Part shown: piece by piece, positions 52,324 to 64,000 of the stretch
Layout of the letters: each line of letters starts with the position of its first letter
Numbering within the stretch: position 1 is the stretch's first letter
Source: an uncultured Thermoleophilia bacterium
GTDB taxonomy: Bacteria; Actinomycetota; Thermoleophilia; UBA2241
Length of the DNA: 64,000 nucleotides
Direction: 5' to 3'
NCBI GenBank assembly: GCA_963715985.1
Contig: CAVQSP010000013.1
Location: 352,001 to 416,000, forward strand
Notes under the pieces: generated by a model
Database searches by the model: none
Told to the model about the DNA's origin: nothing
What the model saw: only the letters and a program-made list of their open reading frames with translations
Translations under genes and position numbers: made by a program

Positions 52324-53745
52324 ATGGAAGAGATGCTCCGCAACCAGGGCCTCAAGCGCGTCAGGATGCGCGTCATCACCGCGGTGGTGGTGGTCTTCAC
52401 CCTGACCTGCTCGGGGTCCTTCGGCATGGAGGACGTGGTCTCGTCGTCCGGCCCGGGCTTCACGCTGCTGATGATCCTCATCCTGCCGCTCGTGTGGAGT
52501 GTGCCGCTCGCCTTCGTCTCCTCCGAACTGGGAGCCATGATCCCGGAGGCCGGCGGCCTCTACCGCTGGATCCGCCGGGCGATGGGCGAGTACTGGAGCT
52601 TCCAGGCGGGCTGGTGGTGGACCCTGTCTCTGTACGTGGACTCCGCGGTCTACGTGGCGCTGGCACTCGACTACCTGCAGGCCAAGTACGGGTTCGGCAC
52701 CGACCTCCGGATCGTCATCGGGGTCTGTATCGTCGGGGTCTTCACGTTCATCAACATACGCGGGCTGGAGCTCACCGGGTGGTCGCTCACCATCATCCAG
52801 ATCGTCGTCATGGTGCCGCTGCTGATCTTCACGGTGCTCGGCATCGTGAAGGGGTCGGGCAACCCGTTCAGCCCGATGGTGCCGCCGGGGGAGGGCTTCG
52901 TCACGGCGGCCAACCTGGGCCTCGCCATCATGATGTGGATGTACTCAGGGTGGGAATCGATGTCCACGCTCAGCGGTGAGATCGAGAACCCGCAGAAGGT
53001 CATCCCCAGGGCGCTGATGATAGGCACGCCCCTCGTCATCCTCACGTACTTCATCACCGTGTTCGCCGCCATCCGCGTCGCGCACATGACCGGCGCGGAC
53101 GGCTGGGCCAACATGTGGACCGGCGGCGGCGGCATCGACTTCGTCGAGGCGGCCAAGATCGTCAGCGGCTCGGTGCTCGCGTACATGATGCTGATCTCGG
53201 CGGTGTTCTCCAACATCGGCCTGTACGCGGGCTACCTGGCCACAGGTGCCCGGCCCGCCTTCCAGATGTCGCGCGACCGCCTGCTCCCGCGCTTCTACGG
53301 CAAGACGCACAAGAGCTGGGGCACGCCGTGGGTGGCGATCCTCATCATGGGCATCGTCGACGCCGTGCTCATCCAGTTCAACTTCGACGTGCTCATCACC
53401 ATCGACGTCTTCCTCCTGATGTTCGCCTACATCCTCATCTACGTCTCGGTGATCGTGCTGCGCGTCAAAGAACCGAACACACCGCGCTCGTTCCGTGTGC
53501 CGCTGCCCACCTGGGGCCTCACGTTCTGGGTGGCCATCCCCATCGCCATCGCCGTGTTCGCCCTGTTCACCAACGGCTGGGACTACTTCATCGGCGGCTG
53601 GGTCGGCATCCTCAGCGGCCCCATCGGCTACCTGGTCTTCAAGTCGATCTACAAGGGCACGTCGGACAGGGCGCTCGAGGGTGCCACCATCACGCCGGAG
53701 GGTGAGCTCACGCAGTTCGGCGCCGTCGTCGAGGGGGTGGAGTGA
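52324..53745 (+). CDS. APC-family amino acid/polyamine permease
   Basis: G.FGME, ELG.MIP..GG.Y.W, Y.GWE, GE..NP, TPW; ~12 TMs. Confidence 0.88.
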   Translation: MEEMLRNQGLKRVRMRVITAVVVVFTLTCSGSFGMEDVVSSSGPGFTLLMILILPLVWSVPLAFVSSELGAMIPEAGGLYRWIRRAMGEYWSFQAGWWWTLSLYVDSAVYVALALDYLQAKYGFGTDLRIVIGVCIVGVFTFINIRGLELTGWSLTIIQIVVMVPLLIFTVLGIVKGSGNPFSPMVPPGEGFVTAANLGLAIMMWMYSGWESMSTLSGEIENPQKVIPRALMIGTPLVILTYFITVFAAIRVAHMTGADGWANMWTGGGGIDFVEAAKIVSGSVLAYMMLISAVFSNIGLYAGYLATGARPAFQMSRDRLLPRFYGKTHKSWGTPWVAILIMGIVDAVLIQFNFDVLITIDVFLLMFAYILIYVSVIVLRVKEPNTPRSFRVPLPTWGLTFWVAIPIAIAVFALFTNGWDYFIGGWVGILSGPIGYLVFKSIYKGTSDRALEGATITPEGELTQFGAVVEGVE

Positions 53746-54206
53746 TGGAGGCCAAGGACTTGCGCAAGTGGGCCGGCCTGGTCGGCATCCTCGGTGGCCT
53801 CGTCGCCATCCTCAGCGGCCTGCTCGCGCACTTCAGGGAACCGATGCTGGGCTATCCGTGGCGCCCGTTCATCACCGTGTTCGAGAACACGGCGGTGTTC
53901 TCCGCCGTGGGCATGCTCATCGGCATGGGCATCATCATGGTCGTCGGCGGCCTGCTCGCGTTCCGCAGCGCGCTGTGGGGCGGCCTCCTGGTCATCTTCC
54001 CGGCCGTGGTCGGCCTCGTCTACTGCTACACGCACGCGTGGCACCGGCTCGACCTCATCGCCTACTGGGCGGCGCCGGTGGTGCTGGCGTGGCTCTCCGG
54101 CATCTTCGCCGGCTACGCCCTGGCGAAGTCGATCGAGCCCTACGACATCGAGCCCGAAGAAGACAAGCCATATCAGCCGCACGAGGGCGCGACGCCCGCG
54201 AGCTGA
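53745..54206 (+). CDS. Four-TM membrane protein
   Basis: Hydrophobic segments; overlaps the permease stop. Confidence 0.7.
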   Translation: MEAKDLRKWAGLVGILGGLVAILSGLLAHFREPMLGYPWRPFITVFENTAVFSAVGMLIGMGIIMVVGGLLAFRSALWGGLLVIFPAVVGLVYCYTHAWHRLDLIAYWAAPVVLAWLSGIFAGYALAKSIEPYDIEPEEDKPYQPHEGATPAS

Positions 54207-54312
54207 CAGGGCCCGAGGGCCCGACGAGACTCGAGGGGCGGGGGCGGCGTGAGCCGCCCCCGCCCCTCGTGCGTACGGCAGCCGGCCGGCGCGCGGTGCC
54301 GCGCGCCGGCGC

Positions 54313-54750
54313 TCAGGCCTCGAGCAGGATCGTCACCGGCCCGTCGTTGAGCAGTTCGACCTGCATGTGCGCGCCGAAGACGCCGGTCTGCACCGGCACG
54401 CCCTCGGCGCGCAGCGCCTCCACGTAGGCCTCGTAGACTATCTCGCCGACCTCGGGCGCGGCGGCGGCCACGAAGCTGGGGCGATTGCCGCGGCGGGCGT
54501 CGGCGTACAAGGTGAACTGCGAGACCGCCAGGACCTCGCCGCCCACGTCGGACAGGGCGAGGTTCATCAGGCCCGCCTCGTCGCTGAACACGCGCAGGCG
54601 GGCCGTCTTGGCGGCCAGCCTGGCGGCGGCGTCGCGGCCGTCGCCGTGGGCCACTCCCACGAGGGCCAGGAAGCCGCGTCCCGTCTCGGCCACGCGGCGG
54701 CCCTCCACGGTCACTGAGGCGCGGCTGACGCGTTGGATGAGGACGCGCAT
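54313..54750 (-). CDS. dtd: D-aminoacyl-tRNA deacylase
   Basis: [24 protein letters not shown]. Confidence 0.95.
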   Translation of the reverse strand: MRVLIQRVSRASVTVEGRRVAETGRGFLALVGVAHGDGRDAAARLAAKTARLRVFSDEAGLMNLALSDVGGEVLAVSQFTLYADARRGNRPSFVAAAAPEVGEIVYEAYVEALRAEGVPVQTGVFGAHMQVELLNDGPVTILLEA

Positions 54751-54942
54751 GGGCCGAGTGTAGCGACGGGTGCACGGGGGCGCCAGCGGCGGTGCGCGGG
54801 CCTGGCGAACGCTCTTCCGGTCCGGCACTCCCGAGCGGTGGTTGCCGAGCGCGGTATCCGCCGCCTCATCGAGACGTTAACACGAGCAAAACGGGCACTT
54901 TACGTGCATGCCGAGCCTCAGTTCCCGTCCGCCGGAGATGGT

Positions 54943-55014
54943 TTGACTTGCCCGCGAATCGGTCATACCATTACGACCCCGCGTGACTTAGCACTCTCCG
55001 CCGGAGAGTGCCAG
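54943..55014 (+). promoter_or_regulatory. SigA promoter plus CIRCE (HrcA operator)
   Basis: TTGACT-N17-TACCAT (54943-54971); TTAGCACTC-N9-GAGTGCCAG (54988-55014). Confidence 0.9.
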
Positions 55015-55045
55015 AACCTAGGTGAAAGAAGAGGAGGGTTGCTGC

Positions 55046-55339
55046 ATGAAGCTCAAGCCGCTCGAGGACCGCGTCATCATCAAGGCGGTCAAGGAAGAGG
55101 AGAAGACCGCCAGCGGCATCGTGTTGCCCGACACGGCCAAAGAGAAGCCGATGATGGGCGAGGTCGTCGCTGTTGGCGACGGCAAGTGGGATGAGGACGG
55201 CAAGAAGCGCGTCCCCGTCGACGTCAAGAAGGGCGACAAGGTCATCTACGGCAAGTACTCGGGCACCGAGTACAAGACGTCCGAAGGTGACGAGCTCCTG
55301 ATCCTGCGCGCCAGCGAGATCCTGGCCGTAGTCGTATAA
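55046..55339 (+). CDS. groES: Co-chaperonin GroES
   Basis: [27 protein letters not shown]. Confidence 0.97.
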   Translation: MKLKPLEDRVIIKAVKEEEKTASGIVLPDTAKEKPMMGEVVAVGDGKWDEDGKKRVPVDVKKGDKVIYGKYSGTEYKTSEGDELLILRASEILAVVV

Positions 55340-55355
55340 CGAGAAGGGAGGCTGA

Positions 55356-56999
<1,644 letters not shown>

Positions 57000-57079
57000 G
57001 CCGATAGCCTTCGGCGATCGGCTCGATGCTTCGCCTGCGGCGAGCAAGAAGCCGACGAAGCACACAGCGCTTTCGCGTC

Positions 57080-57116
57080 GCGGCGGGCGGGCCCCAGGGC
57101 CCGCCCGCCGCTCTTT
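57080..57116 (+). terminator. Terminator after groEL
   Basis: GCGGCGGGCGGGCCC..GGGCCCGCCCGCCGC followed by TCTTT. Confidence 0.7.
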
Positions 57117-57173
57117 GCGGCGCCGCGAGCGGTCATACTAAGGGCTCCGCCCCCCACCGGAAGGAGGCCTCCC

Positions 57174-57539
57174 GTGGCCCTGATCCAGTCGCTCGACTTC
57201 GTCGCCGTGCCCTCCACCGACGCCGCCCGCTCGCGCGCGTTCTACGTCGAGACGCTCGGCCTCCGCCCCGATGACCACGCGCGCTTCGAGTTCTGGGTCG
57301 GCGAGACGTGCTTCGGCATCTGGGAGCCCGAGAAGGTGGGCATGCCGTTCGCGCCACAGACCAGCGCCCATCTCGCCCTGCACGTCAACGACGTGGCTGC
57401 GGCCAGGGCCGAGCTCGAGGAGAAGGGCGTCAGCTTCCTCGGAGACACCCTGGACACCGGCGTATGCCACATGGCCCTGTTCACCGACCCCGACGGCAAC
57501 GGGCTCATGTTGCACCACCGGTACGCGCCGCACTCCTGA
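57174..57539 (+). CDS. VOC/glyoxalase family protein
   Basis: D..RSRAFY..TLGL, HLAL.V.DV, FTDPDGN. Confidence 0.88.
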   Translation: MALIQSLDFVAVPSTDAARSRAFYVETLGLRPDDHARFEFWVGETCFGIWEPEKVGMPFAPQTSAHLALHVNDVAAARAELEEKGVSFLGDTLDTGVCHMALFTDPDGNGLMLHHRYAPHS

Positions 57540-57610
57540 GTGACGCGGCGCCGGCCCGGGCCTTCGTCGGCTGCGGGGTGGGATCGGCGGCGCGTCGGGC
57601 GGACGATGTT

Positions 57611-59054
57611 CTAGAGGCGCTCCTCCAGGCGCGCCGCATACAGCCGCCATTTCTCGGGCACACCCTTGAGCTCGTGCTCGCCGCGGTCGTCGAAGACGAG
57701 GCCGGAGCCCGCGACGAGGTCCTTGACCGTGGAGCTGACGAGGACCTCGGAGGGGCCGGCGAGGGCGGCCACGCGGGCGCCGATGTGCACGGCGATGCCT
57801 CCGACATCGGACCCCATGAGCTCGATCTCGCCGGTGTGGCAGCCCGCGCGGACCTCCAGCCCCAGTGGCCGCACAGCCTCGCAGATCGCCTGCGCGCACT
57901 TGACGGCCCGCGCAGGTCCGTCGAAGGTGGCGAGGAAGCCGTCACCCGTGGTGCCGACCTCGGTGCCTCGGTAGCGCGCCAGCATCGCCCGCACCACGTG
58001 ATGGTGGCGCTCGAGGAGCTCGGTCCACCTGCGGTCGCCGAGCTCACAGGCCTTGTCCGTCGAGCCGACGATGTCGGTGAAGAGCACGGTCGCCAGCATG
58101 CGGTCGAGGGCGGCCTCCTCGTGCTGGACCGACTCGATGAAGGCGATCATCGCGTCGGCGTAGGCCTCCTCCTGGTCGAAGAAGGGGATCACGGCCGCTC
58201 CAGGAACGGTCACAAGTCGCGCACCCGGGATGAGGGAGGCGTTGTACTCGGCCACCCCATGGCTGGACAGGTCGCCGAGGCTGCATCGCCGGCGATCCTT
58301 CCGGTGGTCGGCTCAGGGCGGCGCCAACGCCCAGCCAGGAAGGCGCGGCGCGTTCCTTCACGAGCACAGCGGCCGGGACGTGGATGGTGCGAGCGACCTC
58401 GCGGGCATCGGTCTCATACTCCGTGCGCGTGAAGGCGAGGAAACCCCCAGGGGTCGTCGCGAAACGCGCCAGCTTGGCGTGCACGCGCACGAAGTCCTCG
58501 TCGTGCCACGGGCCGTCCTCGGGACGGTCGCCGCAGGTGAGCTGGCCGATCTCCAGGGCGTGCTCGTCCTGGCCCCAGATCTCGTACAGCCGGTTGACGT
58601 ACAGCTCCTCTTCCTCGGGTCTCGTCCCCCAGGGGTAGTCCGGAGCCCATTTCTGCCTCAGGTCGCCGTCGAGCAGGACGGCCAGCGTCTTCTCCGGGTA
58701 GGTGGCGGCGAACATCGCCGCAAGAGGCGCTGACTCGTACCAACCGTAGATCGCGGCCCGGTCCACACCGGCCGCCGCGAGCACCGCGTTGACATCGTCC
58801 AGGCTGCGCTCCAGCGTGGGGTCGTCTGTGACGCGGTCGGACATGCCCGTGCCGCGGCGGTCGAAGTGCAGCACCCGGAGGCTCGTCGAGAGACGCCGGA
58901 CGAAGCGCGCGAACTGCGGCCACTCCCAGTAGACCTCGATGTGCGAGTACATGCCGTTGACGAGGACGAGGGCCGGCCCGCTGCCCAAGTCCTGATAGGC
59001 GATGTACAAGCCGTCCGGGGTCTTCGCCCAGTGGACCTGGGGCACGGTGCTCAT
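57611..59054 (-). CDS. LipJ-like alpha/beta-hydrolase plus class III nucleotidyl cyclase (frameshift ~58255-58330)
   Basis: IAYQ..G.GP, FDRRGTGMSD; TVLFTDIVGST, GDGFLATF, G.HTGE, GIAVHIGARV. Confidence 0.85.
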
Positions 59055-59065
59055 GGCTGCCTACC

Positions 59066-60007
59066 TCACGCGACAGGCGGAGCCGCCTGCTGCAGGTCGC
59101 GGATGGTGCCGACCAGGCCGTCGAGCAGGCCGACGGCGACGGCCGGCTCCGCCTTGAGCAGCTTCTCGAAGTCGGCGCGCGTGAGCTTCGCCGTCGTCAG
59201 ATCGCCGACGGCGGTCACCGTGGCCGAACGGGGAGCGCCGTCGATCAGCGCCAGTTCGCCGAAGCAGTCGTCCGCGCCGAGTGCACGCGTGTGGCCGCCG
59301 GGCGTGCGCACGCGTGCGCGACCGTTGAGGATGATGAACAGCGAGTCGCCGGGTTCGCCGGCGAGCACGACCGTGGAGCCGCCGGCGTAGCGCTCCACGG
59401 TGACGAAGCGCGCGATGCGCCGCAGGTGGCTCTCGGCGAGCGCCTCGAACAGGCCCACATGACGGAGCACGACGAGCCAGCCGAGCGCGTCCCTGCCCTC
59501 GAGCTCCTCGGGCACGGCTTCGACGGCGGGCCCGGCGCCCTCATCTCTCGGTCCGCTGTGGTCCGGGATCCTCTGGCTGTCCAAGCGCTGCAGGTCGCGC
59601 ACGACCAGAGTGAGCCCGGGGAGGAGGCCGACGGCCAGGGCCGGCTCGTCGTGCAGGGCAGTGCCGAAGTCGGCACGGCCGATGCACGCCGTCGTCACCG
59701 GCCCGACCGCCTTCACCGTCGCGGCTCGCGGGGCCCCGTCGATCAGCGAGAGCTCGCCGAAGCAGTCCGCGGACGTCAGCAGGGTCTCCCGGCCGGAGGA
59801 GGTCACGGCGAGCGCGTCTCCCGCCACGATGATGTGGAACGAGTCTCCGGGCTCGCCCTCGCGCACGATCACGTCGTCGTCGTGGTAGTGCATGAAGGCC
59901 GCAAGCTCGGCGATCCTGCCCCGGTGGTGGCGCGGCAGCGCCTGGAACAACGGAGTCTGCTCCAGGGCCTTGAGTTCCGCTTTCTGCTCCGCTGAGTCCT
60001 TGCTCAT
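59066..60007 (-). CDS. Tandem cyclic-nucleotide-binding domain protein
   Basis: Two GEPGDS..CFGEL.LIDGAPR.ATV phosphate-binding cassettes; SD AGGAG before ATG 60007. Confidence 0.88.
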   Translation of the reverse strand: MSKDSAEQKAELKALEQTPLFQALPRHHRGRIAELAAFMHYHDDDVIVREGEPGDSFHIIVAGDALAVTSSGRETLLTSADCFGELSLIDGAPRAATVKAVGPVTTACIGRADFGTALHDEPALAVGLLPGLTLVVRDLQRLDSQRIPDHSGPRDEGAGPAVEAVPEELEGRDALGWLVVLRHVGLFEALAESHLRRIARFVTVERYAGGSTVVLAGEPGDSLFIILNGRARVRTPGGHTRALGADDCFGELALIDGAPRSATVTAVGDLTTAKLTRADFEKLLKAEPAVAVGLLDGLVGTIRDLQQAAPPVA

Positions 60008-60057
60008 GGCCTCTCCTCCTGTGGGTCGTCCGGCTATGGACGACACGTCTGCCTGCG

Positions 60058-61431
60058 TCACGCGTCCGACGGTGCTAGGGCGTAGAGGCGCCACACCTCC
60101 GGCACACCCTTGAGCCGGTGCTCGCCGCGGTCCTGGAAGACGAGACCGGAGCCGGCGACGAGGTCCTTGACCGTGGAGCTGACGAGGACCTCGGAAGGCC
60201 CGGCGAGGGCGGCCACCCGGGCGCCGATGTGCACGGCGATGCCGCCGACGTCGGCGCCCAGCAGCTCGATCTCGCCGGTGTGGCAGCCGGCGCGCACCTC
60301 GAGGCCCAATGGCTTCACCGCCGCGCAGATGCTCTGCGCGCACTTCACGGCCCGGGCGGGGCCGTCGAAGGTCGCGAGAAAGCCGTCGCCGGTGGTCTTG
60401 ATCTCTGTGCCGCGGAACCTGGTGACGAGCGCCCGCACAGTCTGGTCGTGTCGTTCGAGGAGCTCGGTCCAGGCCCGGTCGCCGAGATCGCAAGCCCTGT
60501 CGGTCGACCCCACGACGTCGGTGAAGAGCACCGTAGCCAGCACGCGATCCAGCTCGGTCTCCTCTGCCCGGACGGACGTGATGAACTGCTCGATGGCCGA
60601 CACCATCGGCTCGGGGTCGTGCACCCAGATGACCTCCCAGGGCGTGGACACCGGCACGGACACGGCGCCCGGGATGAGGCCGGCCTGAGCGCGCGAGAAC
60701 TCCGCGTCCTCGCTTTGGCCGGCGGCGAAGAAGTCCGCCGTGGGGACGGAGATGGTCGGGAGGATCCTGCGCACGTCGGTCGCGAACCACATGCGCTCGA
60801 ACGCTTCGTAGCCCACCGGCGTGGCGGCGTTGCGTGCGAACCTGGCGCACCAGCGCAGGAACTCCGGTGTCCAGCACGGCGAGCCGTCCGCAGGCTCTGC
60901 CGTGAACCCGGTGCGCACGAACTCCCGCGCACCGGCCTCCGTGCCCCACGCCTTCAGACACCGCGCGAGTCCGTCCTCGAAGTCTTCCTCGCTCTCACCA
61001 TGGGGATAGTCGGGCTCCCGGCGGTAGTGGAGAGACCCGTTGAGCGCGAGACAGAGCGTCCTGTCCGGGTGGGTGGCTGCGAAGAAGGCGGCGAGCTCGG
61101 GACCGGGCCCGCCCCACGCGAGCAGGGCCGCCTTCTCGACGCCGGCGGCATCCATCACGGCGCGGACGTCGTCAAGGAGCACGCCGAGGTCGGGGGTTCC
61201 GCTGACCCGGTCCGACATGCCGATCCCGCGCTTGTCGAAGACGATCACGCGCATGTTCCTCGACAAGCGGCTCAAGAAGCGGACGTAGCGCGGCTGCTCC
61301 CAATACACCTCGAGGTGAGAGACCCAGCCGTGGATGACGACAAGCGTGACCGGGCCCCCACCGAGGTCCTGGTAGGCGATGCAGGCACCGTCGACCGTTC
61401 GCGCCCAGCGGACCTCGGGGACGCTGGTCAC
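60058..61431 (-). CDS. LipJ-like alpha/beta-hydrolase plus class III nucleotidyl cyclase
   Basis: IAYQDLG.GP, FDKRG.GMSD; TVLFTDVVGST, KTTGDGF, GIAVHIGARV, LKGVP. Confidence 0.9.
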   Translation of the reverse strand: MTSVPEVRWARTVDGACIAYQDLGGGPVTLVVIHGWVSHLEVYWEQPRYVRFLSRLSRNMRVIVFDKRGIGMSDRVSGTPDLGVLLDDVRAVMDAAGVEKAALLAWGGPGPELAAFFAATHPDRTLCLALNGSLHYRREPDYPHGESEEDFEDGLARCLKAWGTEAGAREFVRTGFTAEPADGSPCWTPEFLRWCARFARNAATPVGYEAFERMWFATDVRRILPTISVPTADFFAAGQSEDAEFSRAQAGLIPGAVSVPVSTPWEVIWVHDPEPMVSAIEQFITSVRAEETELDRVLATVLFTDVVGSTDRACDLGDRAWTELLERHDQTVRALVTRFRGTEIKTTGDGFLATFDGPARAVKCAQSICAAVKPLGLEVRAGCHTGEIELLGADVGGIAVHIGARVAALAGPSEVLVSSTVKDLVAGSGLVFQDRGEHRLKGVPEVWRLYALAPSDA

Positions 61432-61606
61432 CGAGCTCTCCGAGGTGCAGAGGATCTCATCGACCGGCCCCTTCGATGTACTACAGCACGCGCCGTGCGA
61501 CCAGCATAGTCAGGCCACGACGCTGGGACAACGTCACGTCGACGACGGCGCTCGATGTATCGTTGCGCCAGGCAGGGAGCCGGCACGCGGGACCGCGAGG
61601 TGGACC

Positions 61607-63046
61607 ATGGAGATGTGCAGCGATCTGATCGGCGGCGAGTGGGTGTCGGCGTCGGACCACGCGACCTTCGAGACGCGGGACCCGGCGCACGCCGACGACG
61701 TGCTCGCCGTCTTCCCCAGCGCGACGTCTGCCGACACGGCCCAGGCCGTGGCCGCCGCGGCCGAGGCGTTCCCGCAGTGGGCGGCCACGCCGGCCCCGGC
61801 GCGCGGCGCCATCCTCTTCCGCGCCGCGGAGCTGCTCACCGAGCGCCTCGAGGACGTGGCCCGCACGCTGACCCGGGAGGAGGGCAAGACGCTCGCCGAG
61901 GCGCGCGGCGAGGTGACGCGGGCGCGCGACATCCTGCGCTACTTCGCGGGCGAGGGGTGGCGCGCCGGCGGGGACGTCCTGCCGCCCAACACCGTGAACG
62001 CCATGCTCTTCAGCCGCCGCGAGCCGCTCGGCGTGGTGGCCGTCATCACGCCGTGGAACTTCCCCATCGCCATCCCGGCCTGGAAGATCGCCCCGGCGCT
62101 CGCCTACGGTGACACCGTGGTGTTCAAGCCGGCCTCGGCAACGCCGCTCACGGCGCTGCGCCTGGTCGAGTGCCTGGTGGACGCCGGCCTGCCGGCCGGC
62201 GTCCTGAACCTGGTGACCGGGTCCGGCGCCACCGTGGGCGGAGCCCTCGCCGGCGATCCGGTCGTCCGTGGTCTCACCTTCACCGGCTCGCACGCCACCG
62301 GGGCCGGCATCTACGCGCGCGCCACGGAGCACTTCGCGCGCGTCCAGCTGGAGATGGGCGGCAAGAACCCCACCATCGTGCTGCGCGACGCCGACCTCGA
62401 CCTCGCCGTGCGACTGGCCGTGACGGGCGGGTTCGGTCTCACCGGCCAGAGCTGCACGGCGACCAGCCGCGTCATCGTGGAGGAGGCCGTGGCCGACCGC
62501 TTCGCCGCGGCCTTGGCGGAGGCCGCCGCAGACCTCGCTGTGGGAGACGGCCTCGAGGACGGCGTCCAGATGGGACCGGCCGTCAGCGCGGAGCAGCTTG
62601 CCACCGACCTCGAGTACGTGCAGATCGCCCGCGACGAGGGTGCCGAGCTGCTGACGGGTGGGGGCCTGGCGGGCGAGGACGGCCACTTCATCCAGCCCAC
62701 GGTGTTCGACCGCGTGGAGGCGCGCAGCCGCCTGGCCCAGGAGGAGGTCTTCGGACCCGTGGTCGCCATCATCCGCGCGCGCGACCTCGACGACGCCATC
62801 TTCAAGGCCAACGCCGTGGGCTTCGGACTCGCGGCGAGCGTGGTCACAGGCGACCTGCACCGCGCCTTCTCGTTCGTGGACCGCATCGAGGCCGGCGTGG
62901 TCAAGGTCAACGAACCCACCACCGGCCTCGCCCTGCAGGCGCCGTTCGGGGGGTTCAAGCAGTCAAGCGCCAACACGTTCAAGGAGCAGGGACCCGCGGC
63001 CCTGGAGTTCTACACGCGCACCAAGACCGTGTACGTCACCTACTGA
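61607..63046 (+). CDS. Aldehyde dehydrogenase (alpha-ketoglutarate semialdehyde DH-like)
   Basis: ITPWNFP, FTGS, LEMGGKNP, GQSCTATSR, EEVFGPV, PFGG.K.S. Confidence 0.92.
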   Translation: MEMCSDLIGGEWVSASDHATFETRDPAHADDVLAVFPSATSADTAQAVAAAAEAFPQWAATPAPARGAILFRAAELLTERLEDVARTLTREEGKTLAEARGEVTRARDILRYFAGEGWRAGGDVLPPNTVNAMLFSRREPLGVVAVITPWNFPIAIPAWKIAPALAYGDTVVFKPASATPLTALRLVECLVDAGLPAGVLNLVTGSGATVGGALAGDPVVRGLTFTGSHATGAGIYARATEHFARVQLEMGGKNPTIVLRDADLDLAVRLAVTGGFGLTGQSCTATSRVIVEEAVADRFAAALAEAAADLAVGDGLEDGVQMGPAVSAEQLATDLEYVQIARDEGAELLTGGGLAGEDGHFIQPTVFDRVEARSRLAQEEVFGPVVAIIRARDLDDAIFKANAVGFGLAASVVTGDLHRAFSFVDRIEAGVVKVNEPTTGLALQAPFGGFKQSSANTFKEQGPAALEFYTRTKTVYVTY

Positions 63047-63125
63047 GCCGCGGCAAGACCCGCGCGATCAGGGATAGGCAAATGTCCCGGGGGTCGTCCG
63101 GGCGCCGCACGGGTACTGTGAGCTC

Positions 63126-63353
63126 ATGGACAGGCTGGCCGAAGCCACGGAATACACGCTCGTCGTCCGGGGGCCGGCTCAAGACCTGCTGTACGAGCAC
63201 TTCTCCCGCCTCTTCCGAGGGCGGGATGGGGTCGTCGTGGTCAAGGACCGCCGCCGCGCCGAGCGTCGCAGGGCCTCGTATCCGTCGGCGCCGGAGCGCC
63301 GTCGCCACGAGCGCCGTGGGCGCGGCCCTGCCTGGCTCGTACCGCCCGAGTGA
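63126..63353 (+). CDS. Small hypothetical protein
   Basis: LY..FSRLF....VVVVKDRRRAERRR; TACTGT 6 nt before ATG. Confidence 0.5.
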   Translation: MDRLAEATEYTLVVRGPAQDLLYEHFSRLFRGRDGVVVVKDRRRAERRRASYPSAPERRRHERRGRGPAWLVPPE

Positions 63354-63397
63354 CTCTGCCGAAGTACCGCCCGCGTCGCGTTGAAACACGTGTACTT

Positions 63398-63420
63398 GTG
63401 TGCCGTGCTTCACATATACT
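63398..63420 (+). promoter_or_regulatory. TGTG-N8-CACA palindrome (Rex/CRP-like) abutting -10 TATACT
   Basis: GTGTGCCGTGCTTCACAT directly followed by TATACT (63415-63420). Confidence 0.5.
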
Positions 63421-63465
63421 TTCCGGACGTTCGTCACGCAGTCATTCGTCGTGGAGGTCTGGCAC

Positions 63466-64000
63466 ATGTTGTTGATGGGTGAATCGATCAACGGGACGCG
63501 CAAGCAGGTCGCCGAAGCGATCCAGGCGCGCAACACCGAGTTCATCAAGACTCTCGCCATGGATCAGGTCGAGGCTGGCGCGTCCGTCCTCGACGTCAAC
63601 GGCGGCGTGGCCGGCGGTGACGAGATCGCCGACATGACGTGGCTCATCGACACGGTCATGGAAGTCACCGACATGCAGCTCATGGTCGACTCGGCCAGCG
63701 CCTCCGTGCTCGAACACGGCGTCAAGCTGATCATCGACAAGGGCGGCAAGGTGCCGTTCATCAACTCGATCAGCGGTGAGCAGGCGCGCATCGACGCCGC
63801 CCTGCCGCTGGTGGAGAAGTACAAGACCCCGGTCATCGCCCTGTGCCTCAGCGAAGACGGCATCCCGCCGACCGCGCAGGACCGCTTCGACGTCGCCAAG
63901 CAGCTGCACGACCTGTGCACCGGCGTCGGCCTCCCGGCCGAGGACGTCTGGGTCGACCCGCTCGTGCTCTCCGTGTCCGCCGACGGCCAGGCCGCCGTCG
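63466..64000 (+). CDS. Methyltetrahydrofolate:corrinoid methyltransferase (AcsE-like, pterin-binding), 3'-partial
   Basis: MLLMGESINGTRK..QVEAGA..LDVN..LMVDS..INSI..DPL; SD GGAGG; absent from ORF track because it runs off the window. Confidence 0.85.
   Translation, partial: MLLMGESINGTRKQVAEAIQARNTEFIKTLAMDQVEAGASVLDVNGGVAGGDEIADMTWLIDTVMEVTDMQLMVDSASASVLEHGVKLIIDKGGKVPFINSISGEQARIDAALPLVEKYKTPVIALCLSEDGIPPTAQDRFDVAKQLHDLCTGVGLPAEDVWVDPLVLSVSADGQAAV

Overview
High-GC bacterial chromosomal segment. Gene content, many leaderless-type starts and the tsaE-tsaB-rimI-tsaD/groESL synteny suggest an anaerobic Actinomycetota-like organism (inference). The left half is a tungsten/pterin-cofactor island. 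It holds three copies of a Moco-family riboswitch lacking P3 (tungsten-cofactor type), tupABC and wtpABC tungstate transporters, Mop/TOBE, moaA, moaC and a MOSC-MogA fusion. It also holds an array of uncharacterised exported proteins built from repeated molybdopterin-oxidoreductase-like domains, two of them with a CX4CH motif. Immediately downstream lie a System I* (CxxxY CcmE) cytochrome c maturation cluster and hemA/C/D. The middle is mostly housekeeping: rplM-rpsI, glmM, vapBC, glmS ribozyme plus glmS, acpS, nnr, alr, cca, mutM, hps-rraA, panG/panC, udg, tsaEBD, dtd and CIRCE-groESL. The right end has a LipJ-like cyclase / tandem cNMP-binding / LipJ-like cyclase module, an ALDH and a partial AcsE-like methyltransferase. 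About a dozen single-base frameshifts, some in homopolymer runs and several in core genes, look like sequencing indels rather than pseudogenes. All family calls come from motif recognition by eye; no searches were run.
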